64,000 nt of DNA, from IMG/VR virus record IMGVR_UViG_3300044971_004534; one strand, 5' to 3'. How positions within the stretch are numbered: position 1 is the first letter of the stretch; every line of letters begins with the position of its first letter. Below, piece after piece: positions 1-8,500 of the stretch. The notes beneath the pieces are model-generated. The model worked only from the letters and a program-made list of their open reading frames with translations. It did no database searches and was not told the origin of the DNA. The position numbers and the translations under genes are program-made. Source of the stretch: a virus.

Positions 1-2740
1 CACTGGTGTCTCAGTACACCAAGGTGCTGGTGCCTTTAATAGTACTCTTTCAGTGACAGGAGCTGCTACATTTGTTGATGATATAGCAGTAAACGGTGGA
101 GACATTACAAGTACTGCTACTACTTTTAATTTACTTAATTCTACAGTTACTGGTCTTAATCTAGGTGGCGCTGCTAACACGATTATTCTGGGTGGCACAG
201 GTGGTACTGCTACAATAAGAAATGCTGGTACAAATATCAACGGCACTCTCACCGTAACTGGCGTCTCAGTGCATCAAGGTGCTGGTGCCTTTAATAGTAC
301 TCTCACTGTAACTGGTGTAACGACATTACAAGGTGCATCAACATTGCAGGGTGCTGTGAACATGAACAGTACTCTCACTGTCACTGGTGTCTCAGTACAC
401 CAAGGTGCTGGTGCCTTTAATAGTACTCTTTCAGTGACAGGAGCTGCTACGTTTGTTGATGACATAGCTGTGAACGGTGGAGACATTACTTCTACGGCCA
501 CTACTTTTAATCTTTTGAATACTACTGTTACTGGTCTTAATATTGGTGGTGGTGCTAATACAGTCAATATAGGATCTACAACAGCTGTTATTAATCTTGG
601 TACTGGAACAACTGGTGCTACAGTTAACGTTAGAGGCAATCTTGTTGTTGATGGCTCAACCACTACAGTAAATTCCACTACTGTTACCATTGATGATTTG
701 AATATCGTTCTTGCAGATGGACAGACTACCACGAGTGCAGTAAATGGAGCTGGAATAACTCTTGGTTCTACTGGTATTAATTGGCAATATAATACAACTG
801 GAAACAACTGGGAATCAACTGAAAACATAAGTATTGCATCTGGTAAAACTTATAAAATTGCCAATACTTCAGTTCTATCTAATACAACTTTAGGTTCTAC
901 GATCACTTCGTCATCTTTGATTCAGGTCGGAACTATAGGAATTGGTACTTGGCAAGGTACTTCAATAAAATCAGACTACGGTGGGACTGGAATTACTTCC
1001 TATACTGCTGGAGATATGGTTTATTATGCTGCTGGAACTGCATTGACTAAGCTTGCTATTGGGTCAGCAAATCATGTTTTGACAGCAACCACATCAGCTC
1101 CAGTTTGGACTGCAAATAGCGGAACTGGCAGTGTCGTAAGGCAAGATTCTCCAACTTTAAATAGCGCCACTTTAACTAATCCTGTATTCACAAATATTAC
1201 AGGAACTTCTCTAACTCTAACTGGAGATCTTTATGTTAATGGCGGAGATATTGAGACCACAGCAACTACTTTTAATTTTATTACCAATACTTCATCTATA
1301 ATAAATATTGGAACTACATCTGGAAGTACAATTTCTATAGGAAGTGCAAGCGGCACTACTACAATTCGTAATGCTGGTACAAACATTAACGGTACTCTTA
1401 CTGTTACAGGTGTCTCAGTGCATCAAGGTGCCGGTTCGTTTAATAGTACTCTTACCGTAACCGGCGTCACCACATTGCAAGGTGCTTCTACGCTTCAGGG
1501 TGCAGTAAATGCTAACAGTACTCTCACTGTTACTGGTATCACAACACTTCAGGGTGCATCGACATTGCAGGGTGCTGTGAACATGAACAGTACTCTCACT
1601 GTCACTGGTGTCTCAGTACACCAAGGTGCTGGTGCCTTTAATAGTACTCTTTCAGTGACAGGAGCTGCTACATTTGTTGATGATATAGCAGTAAACGGTG
1701 GAGACATTACAAGTACTGCTACTACATTTAATTTATTAAATGCTACAGTTACAAATGCAAATGTGCTTGGTGCTGCAAATATTGTAGTTATAGGTGGAAC
1801 AGGCGGAACCTCTACTATAAGAAACGCTGGTACTAACATAAACGGAACTCTCACTGTGACAGGCGCTACAGTTATACAGGGTGCTTTGTCTGCCAATAGC
1901 ACTCTTACAGTAACTGGCGTTTCTACATTCCAAAGCGCTATTCTCGCAAATGGAGGTACAATTACTTCTAGTTCTACCACATTTAATTTATTAAACACTA
2001 CAGTTACAAATGCAAATGTGCTTGGCGCTGCTAATGTCATTGTTATGGGCGCAGCTGCTACTGGAACTGCTCATATTAGAAATAGTAACATTACACTGGG
2101 TAGTGCATCTGCCACTACCATGAGAACAGTTACTGGTTCTACTAACAATCTTTCAATTATTCCAAATGGTAATTTTGTAGTTACTCCTACAAGTAGTGTA
2201 GCAGGCTCTGGCACTACTGGATCTCTTACAATACAAAATGGAGGTCAAGGCGGCGCTACTTCTATCAGTGGAGCACCGCTTTTGCTTGGCGATTATACTG
2301 ATTCTGGTGGTAGTCCTCAGCCTGGTGAAATCAGAATTCTCGAATCAGGTGGTTCTAATTATACTGGATTTAAAGCTCAGGCAATGACTGCAGATTTGGT
2401 GTATACTCTTCCTTCCGCATTCCCTGCATCTAATGGACATGTACTTCAATCTACAACTGCTGGAGTTTTGTCATGGTCTGCTGCAGCATCATCTGCGTCT
2501 GTTGGCGTTACTGCAACAAGTGCAAGCTCAAGCTATAATCTTGTATTTACTGATGCATCTGCAACAAGTACATCTGCAACTTTGTTTATAGATGGTGGTA
2601 CAAACATACAGTATAATCCAAATACTGATTTGTTGACTCTTGCTGGAGACCTTGCTGTAAATGGTGGAGACATTACTTCTACAGCTACAACGTTCAATTT
2701 ACTCAATGCTACAGTAACTGGTCTCAATATGGGTGGAGCA
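1..2740. repeat. in-frame degenerate coding repeats of fibre gene 1, including perfect long copies
   Basis: Checked by eye: nt 1-123 are identical to 1603-1725, and nt 341-450 are identical to 1562-1671. Other copies (e.g. 382-450) are identical over shorter runs and then diverge at single positions. Confidence 0.9.
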
Positions 2741-3142
2741 GCAGCAACTATTAATATAGGAGCTTCTGGAGGAGACGTTACGGTTGCAGGTAATTTTTAC
2801 GCAGTTAAAAAGTCATTCTTGATTGACCATCCTTCTAAGAAAAACATGAAATTAGAATATGCATGTTTGGAAGGCCCAGAGAATGGAGTGTATATACGTG
2901 GAAGACTAGAAGGCAGTAAAGAAATAATTCTTCCATATTACTGGAAAGATCTTGTACATGAAGATTCTATTACTGTGCAATTGACTCCTATTGGAAGCTC
3001 TGACTCTCACTATGTTGTAAAATTTAATAATAAGAAAATAAAAATCAATAGTGATTCTGGAAATGTTCGTTGCTTCTATCTGGTGCAGGCTGAACGTAAG
3101 GATGTACCAAAAATTGAGGTGGAAAGAAAAATAGTAAAATAG
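2..3142 (+). CDS. giant repeat-containing tail fibre/adhesin-like protein (5'-truncated by window edge)
   Basis: The frame is open from nt 2 (TGVSVHQGAGAFNSTLSVTG..., i.e. mid-repeat) and stops at 3140-3142. The protein is T/G/N/S/V-rich. It has at least 6 copies of the cassette containing NGGDITSTATTFNLLN. It also carries a GEIRILESGGSNYTGFKA...LPSAFPASNGHVLQSTTAGVLSWS module and a distinct non-repeat C-terminal domain. The layout is typical of beta-helical phage fibres. Confidence 0.85.
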   Translation, partial: TGVSVHQGAGAFNSTLSVTGAATFVDDIAVNGGDITSTATTFNLLNSTVTGLNLGGAANTIILGGTGGTATIRNAGTNINGTLTVTGVSVHQGAGAFNSTLTVTGVTTLQGASTLQGAVNMNSTLTVTGVSVHQGAGAFNSTLSVTGAATFVDDIAVNGGDITSTATTFNLLNTTVTGLNIGGGANTVNIGSTTAVINLGTGTTGATVNVRGNLVVDGSTTTVNSTTVTIDDLNIVLADGQTTTSAVNGAGITLGSTGINWQYNTTGNNWESTENISIASGKTYKIANTSVLSNTTLGSTITSSSLIQVGTIGIGTWQGTSIKSDYGGTGITSYTAGDMVYYAAGTALTKLAIGSANHVLTATTSAPVWTANSGTGSVVRQDSPTLNSATLTNPVFTNITGTSLTLTGDLYVNGGDIETTATTFNFITNTSSIINIGTTSGSTISIGSASGTTTIRNAGTNINGTLTVTGVSVHQGAGSFNSTLTVTGVTTLQGASTLQGAVNANSTLTVTGITTLQGASTLQGAVNMNSTLTVTGVSVHQGAGAFNSTLSVTGAATFVDDIAVNGGDITSTATTFNLLNATVTNANVLGAANIVVIGGTGGTSTIRNAGTNINGTLTVTGATVIQGALSANSTLTVTGVSTFQSAILANGGTITSSSTTFNLLNTTVTNANVLGAANVIVMGAAATGTAHIRNSNITLGSASATTMRTVTGSTNNLSIIPNGNFVVTPTSSVAGSGTTGSLTIQNGGQGGATSISGAPLLLGDYTDSGGSPQPGEIRILESGGSNYTGFKAQAMTADLVYTLPSAFPASNGHVLQSTTAGVLSWSAAASSASVGVTATSASSSYNLVFTDASATSTSATLFIDGGTNIQYNPNTDLLTLAGDLAVNGGDITSTATTFNLLNATVTGLNMGGAAATINIGASGGDVTVAGNFYAVKKSFLIDHPSKKNMKLEYACLEGPENGVYIRGRLEGSKEIILPYYWKDLVHEDSITVQLTPIGSSDSHYVVKFNNKKIKINSDSGNVRCFYLVQAERKDVPKIEVERKIVK

Positions 3143-3178
3143 ACTATAGCGGTTGTTGATAGAAAGGTATTATTTTTC

Positions 3179-3874
3179 ATGGCTACTTTGTACAATCCCG
3201 GAATAGTAACTGATGGTTTAGTGATTTATTTTGATGCAGCAAACGTCAAAAGTTATTCTGTTGGAGGTACAAAATGGAATGATTTAACTGGAAATTTAAG
3301 AAACGCTACACTTGTTAATAGTCCTACTTTTAGTTCTACCAATGGTGGTGCATTTGATTTTGATGGAGTAGACGATCATGCGACTATAGATGCTTTTACT
3401 TACACCCCATATTGTTTAGACTTTTGGGTGTATAATAATTCTCAAATAAATGCCAATAATGGTAGCGTTGGTGGTCCTTCAACTTATCAAAGTTTGTTTA
3501 GAAATCTTTCTGGTTTAGGTTTAAATTTGGGTGGATGGGATGGAGTTATGACTAATGAGACTTTACACATTTTAAGTGGAGGAAAATATACCTATTTAAA
3601 TATAACTATTCCAGCTGGTTATCATAATTGGGTTTATAATTGGAATGGATCTAATTATGACATATGGGTTGATGGTGTCAAAAAAAATGCTATTGCATCC
3701 ACTTCCGGTCATGCAACGCTTAATTCTCAAAGTAGTACAAATTATATTTCATTTAATGCTGGTACGTATTATTTTTATGGCAAAATATTTGCAATAAAAA
3801 TTTATGGTTCTCAAATTAATGATGAACAAGTTATTAAAAATTTTAACGCTCTCAGAGGAAGGTTCGGTATCTAA
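3179..3874 (+). CDS. concanavalin A-like lectin/LamG-domain protein, paralogue 1
   Basis: N-terminus LYNPGIVTDGLVIYFDAANVKSY...WNDLTGN, then FDFDGVDDHATI, and C-terminus KIYGSQINDEQVIKNFNALRGRFGI. This is the hallmark layout of LamG (Laminin_G_3-type) phage proteins. Confidence 0.8.
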   Translation: MATLYNPGIVTDGLVIYFDAANVKSYSVGGTKWNDLTGNLRNATLVNSPTFSSTNGGAFDFDGVDDHATIDAFTYTPYCLDFWVYNNSQINANNGSVGGPSTYQSLFRNLSGLGLNLGGWDGVMTNETLHILSGGKYTYLNITIPAGYHNWVYNWNGSNYDIWVDGVKKNAIASTSGHATLNSQSSTNYISFNAGTYYFYGKIFAIKIYGSQINDEQVIKNFNALRGRFGI

Positions 3875-4545
3875 TGGCGCTTTCCCACTCACCTTCAATT
3901 GTTACTGAAGGTTTGATTTTGTGTTTAGATGCAGCAAACTTAAAAAGTTATCCTGGTACTGGCACTAATTGGTCTAATCTGACTGGATCTACTTCTGGAA
4001 CTTTGATAAACGGCGTTGGTTTTAGCAGTTCTAATGGAGGATTATTGACGTTTGATGGTACGAATGATTATGTAAATGTTCCGGGTTTATTTGACTTTTC
4101 TACAACCAATCAGCTAACTGTTTCTATATGGTGTAAATCTAATACTGCTCTATGGGATGATGTTGGTCAGTTAGTCTCAAAAAGAGATCAATTTATAATT
4201 CATCCAAGTTTAAATTCAAAAGATGTTATTTACTATGTCAGAGTTTCTACTCCGGCCTGGGCTCAACAAACAGTTGTTCCTAATTCTATAACTGTTTTTA
4301 ATAATTATGCCATGACTTACAATAGTGGAGACTTTAGGATATTTTTAAATGGATCTCAGTCAGGTCAACAATCTGTAGTGTCTACACTAAATTCTGATAC
4401 TGGAGATACTACTATTGGTAAAGATGATGGATTAGAGCGCTATCTAAACGGAGATGTTTCTAATGTTTTTATATACAACAGAGCTTTGTCTCCACAAGAA
4501 ATTTTACAAAATTTTAACGCTCTTCGTGGAAGGTTTGGTTTATAA
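3874..4545 (+). CDS. concanavalin A-like lectin/LamG-domain protein, paralogue 2
   Basis: TAATG overlap with the upstream gene. Motifs: SIVTEGLILCLDAANLKSYPGTGTNWSNLTG, LTFDGTNDYVNVP, FIYNRALSPQEILQNFNALRGRFGL. Confidence 0.85.
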   Translation: MALSHSPSIVTEGLILCLDAANLKSYPGTGTNWSNLTGSTSGTLINGVGFSSSNGGLLTFDGTNDYVNVPGLFDFSTTNQLTVSIWCKSNTALWDDVGQLVSKRDQFIIHPSLNSKDVIYYVRVSTPAWAQQTVVPNSITVFNNYAMTYNSGDFRIFLNGSQSGQQSVVSTLNSDTGDTTIGKDDGLERYLNGDVSNVFIYNRALSPQEILQNFNALRGRFGL

Positions 4546-5165
4546 TGGGAGTTCATTCTGGTCCCAACATAGTTCGCTCAAACTTAGCTATGTCTTTAGA
4601 CTCTAGAAATAGAAAGTCATTTTCTGGAGATACTTTTTACAATTTAATAGATTTGCAAAACTTGGGGAATCCATCTTGGTCTAATGGAGCTACTGCATTA
4701 ACAGTGATTGTAATCATAAGAATTATTGGATCTAATACGCAATATGCGTACCATCCCGTAAATAAATGGAATAGTGGAACTAATGACGCAAGTTTTGTAT
4801 TTTATCACTTTCAAAATTATTTAGGCACAGCTCCACAGAATGAAAATCTTCTAGGTTGGTACGCTAATGCAGGAGGTGTGTGGCAGGGAATTAGCGGTCA
4901 ATTTAAGGCAAGTCAAAACACAACATACTTTGTTGCTTTGCAGTACAGTTCTTCGTTAGGTGGTCAATTGTGGATAAATAGATCTAAAGTCGGAGTAAGG
5001 ACTGGCAGTGGTACTTTGGGGTCTGGTAGCAGCAATATATTAATAGATGGTAATGTTCTTGGAAGAAGTAATATACATAAGGTGGAAATGGTAAAATTTT
5101 ATAATAAAGACTTATCTGATAGTGAAATTACAAACATGTATGATTTACTAAAAAATCGATTATGA
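4545..5165 (+). CDS. divergent LamG-like protein, paralogue 3
   Basis: TAATG overlap with the upstream gene. Same architecture but diverged: NIVRSNLAMSLDSRNRKSF...WSNG...LWINRSKVG...VKFYNKDLSDSEITNMYDLLKNRL. Confidence 0.65.
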   Translation: MGVHSGPNIVRSNLAMSLDSRNRKSFSGDTFYNLIDLQNLGNPSWSNGATALTVIVIIRIIGSNTQYAYHPVNKWNSGTNDASFVFYHFQNYLGTAPQNENLLGWYANAGGVWQGISGQFKASQNTTYFVALQYSSSLGGQLWINRSKVGVRTGSGTLGSGSSNILIDGNVLGRSNIHKVEMVKFYNKDLSDSEITNMYDLLKNRL

Positions 5166-5317
5166 ATATAATAAGAAACGACAATTTTTTAATAAATTCT
5201 TCTATTAGTGAGCCAATCTATCAGGTAGTTGATTCTAATGGTAACGTGCTGTTCAATGGAGTAACAGAGCAAGAATGCATTTCATATTTAGATGAGTTGA
5301 ATCAAAATGGTCCTTAA
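5162..5317 (+). CDS. small hypothetical protein (51 aa, below the ORF-track length cut-off)
   Basis: ATG 5162-5164 overlaps the upstream stop (ATGA). My translation is MNIIRNDNFLINSSISEPIYQVVDSNGNVLFNGVTEQECISYLDELNQNGP, with stop at 5315-5317. It fills an otherwise empty 175-nt gap. Confidence 0.45.
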   Translation: MNIIRNDNFLINSSISEPIYQVVDSNGNVLFNGVTEQECISYLDELNQNGP

Positions 5318-5340
5318 AATGTTTTTGGAGTTTTAATTAA

Positions 5341-5595
5341 ATGTTATATGAAGATAGAAAATATTTAATTTTTAATGTTTCAGAAATTAATAAAATAATT
5401 TTTTCTGAAATTTTAGAAACTTCCGCTGATAGTATGAGAAAATCTTTAGATGGTAGTAAGACGTTTATCAAATGGGAAGGTTCTGATCCATCGTTTATTT
5501 CAACATTGTTAACAAAAGAAGGTCCGTATTCTCATTCTGAAATATTAAGTATTTTGTCAACTTCAGATTGGAAAGATTTTAACATAATAAATTAA
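5341..5595 (+). CDS. hypothetical protein (84 aa)
   Basis: ORF sits tightly between its neighbours, with GGAG 9 nt upstream. The pattern YLIFNVSEINKIIFSEILETSADSMRKSLDGSKTFIKWEG resembles small conserved marine-phage proteins I recall from memory (unverified). Confidence 0.65.
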   Translation: MLYEDRKYLIFNVSEINKIIFSEILETSADSMRKSLDGSKTFIKWEGSDPSFISTLLTKEGPYSHSEILSILSTSDWKDFNIIN

Positions 5596-5596
5596 T

Positions 5597-8500
5597 ATGG
5601 CAGACTCTGATAAAAATATCTCTATTATACCCAACAGGAGCCTTACTGGGCAGCCTCAGATCATATTCACTGGTCAGGGTAATGATCCTATTACTTTAAA
5701 AGTTTTAGACAGTACAATAGGATCATTGTCTTTTGAAGGTTCTGCTGGTCAGTTGTTGTCTATCACTGATTCTTTAAGCTCCGGTTCTATATTTAGTGTA
5801 AACGACATATCTGGTATTCCAAGCATAGATGTCAACGCTGACGGCACTGTTGCTCTTGCCCCTTATTCTGGAAATGTTGCCGTTGGTGTTACAAGCGCCT
5901 CTTATAAGTTGCATGTAAACGGAACTTTTTATGCAAATTCAGCTGCAACTTTTAATGGAAACATTATTTTAAGTAATGGAAATATTCAAACAACTACATC
6001 CATTTTTAATTTTGTTACAAATACTGCTTCTACTATCAATATAGGAACGACTTCTGGAAGTTCTGTTAATATTGCATCTACTACGGGTTCTACCACCATA
6101 AACAACTCGGCAATTGTTACTGGCAATATGACAGTTAATGGCGGCACTGTAACCAGTGCTGCTACTACGTTTAATCTTCTCAACACCACGGTTACCAATG
6201 CAAACGTTCTTGGAAGTGCTGACACAGTAGTGATTGGCTCAGCAAATGGCACCACTACGATAAGAAATGCTGGCACTAGAGTGAATGGAACTCTCACCGT
6301 TACTGGCGCTTCTACACTACAGGGTGCAGTAAATGCCAACAGCACTCTTACAGTCACTGGTGCAACCACATTGCAAGGTGCATCGACATTGCAGGGTGCT
6401 GTGAACATGAACAGTACTCTCACTGTGACCGGTGTCTCAGTGCATCAAGGTGCTGGTGCCTTTAACAGTACACTTTCGGTCACAGGTGCAGCAACATTTG
6501 TTGACGACATTGCAGTAAACGGTGGAGACATTACTTCTACTGCAACTACATTTAATTTATTAAATGCTACAGTTACAGGTCTTAATATTGGCGGTGGTGC
6601 TAACACTGTCTTGTTAGGTGGCACAGGTGGGACTACTACAATAAGAAATGCTGGCACTAACATTAATGGCACTCTTACCGTTACTGGTGTCACAACTCTT
6701 CAGGGCGCTTCTACGCTACAGGGTGCTGTAAATGCTAATAGTACTCTTACTGTAACCGGTGCAACAGTTTTACAAGGTGCTGTATCTCTTAATAATAATC
6801 TAACTGTTACCGGTGCTACAACTCTACAGGGTACTTTAGGTGTACTTGGAAACACTATTTCTAGTGCTTCTACTACTTTTAACTTACTTAATACTACCGT
6901 TACAAATGCTAACGTACTAGGTGCAGCAGACACAGTTGTGTTAGGCTCCGCTGGTGGCTCTACTACGATACGTAATGCTAGTACTAGAGTCAATGGAACT
7001 CTTACTGTTACAGGTGTCTCAGTGCATCAGGGTGCTGGTGCCTTTAACAGTACACTTTCGGTCACAGGTGCAGCAACATTTGTTGACGACATTGCAGTAA
7101 ACGGTGGAGACATTACAAGCACCGCAACTACGTTTAATCTTCTTAATTCAACAGTTACTGGTCTAAACATAGGTGGTGCTGCTAATACTGTAAATATAGG
7201 ATCTTCGTCTGCAATTATCAATCTTGGTACTGGAACAACTGGATCTACGGTTAACGTCAAGGGTAATCTTGTGGTTGATGGCGCAACTACCACAGTCAAT
7301 TCTACTACTGTCACAATAGACGATTTGAACATAGTTCTTGCGGATGGACAGACAACAACAAGTGCAGTAAATGGTGCTGGTATAACTCTTGGCTCTACCG
7401 GTATTAGTTGGCAATATAACACAACTGGAAATAACTGGGAGTCAACGGAAAATATTAGTATTGCATCCGGCGATACCTATAAAGTTGCTAACGTAACAGT
7501 GCTATCAGCTACTGCGCTTGGTTCAACAGTTACTGATTCTGCTTTAACTAGAGTAAATAGCTCTAATCTTACTCTAACTGGAGATTTAGAAGTAGCAGGT
7601 GGAGACATTACAAGTACTGCTACTACTTTCAATTTGCTTAACGCTACGGTTACAGGTCTCAATATAGGTGGCGCTGCTAATACTATAGTTCTAGGTGGTA
7701 CAGGCGGAGCTGCTACAATTCGTAATGCTGGTACAAATATCAACGGTACTCTTACTGTTACTGGCGTCTCAGTGCATCAAGGTGCTGGTGTATTTAATAG
7801 CACTCTCACTGTCACTGGTGTTTCTACGCTACAAGGTGCATCGACACTGCAGGGTGCAGTAAATGCCAACAGCACTCTGACTGTCACTGGTTCCACAACG
7901 CTACAGGGTGCTTCTACGCTCCAGGGTGCAGTAAATGCCAACAACACTCTTACGGTTACCGGTGTAACAACATTACAAGGTGCATCGACATTGCAGGGTG
8001 CAGTGAACATGAACAATACTCTTACTGTTACAGGTGTTTCAGTACATCAAGGCGCTGGACACTTTAATAGTACACTTTCAGTAACTGGCACTTCTTCTCT
8101 TATTGGAAATGTTACCGCAAGTGGAGATATTGCAGTCAATGGTGGAGACATTACTTCTACTGCTACTACATTTAATCTTCTGAATTCTACAGTTACGAAT
8201 GCAAATGTGCTTGGTGCTGCTAATACTATTTTGCTTGGTGGTACAGGTGGTAAAACTACTATTAGAAACGCATCAACTGCAGTTCATGGATCTTTTACTG
8301 TGAGTGGTGTTGCTAGCATTTTTGGTGGTGAATTAGGTATTGGAAGTACAGCGTCTTCTTATGCTAGCATATACATACCAGAGCAGATTTATCCTAATGG
8401 TTTTAGAATTCATGATACTGCAAATGACTCCAGTTCTTTGGCAATCGGTTTTTATCAAGATGTTGGTCCATTCCCATCGTCTGGATACATGACTATAGGC

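Noticed and set aside
3179-5165. LamG paralogues as targets of a diversity-generating retroelement.
   Set aside because: No reverse transcriptase gene and no template/variable repeat pair with adenine-specific mismatches were seen in the window. Divergence between paralogues is spread over whole domains.
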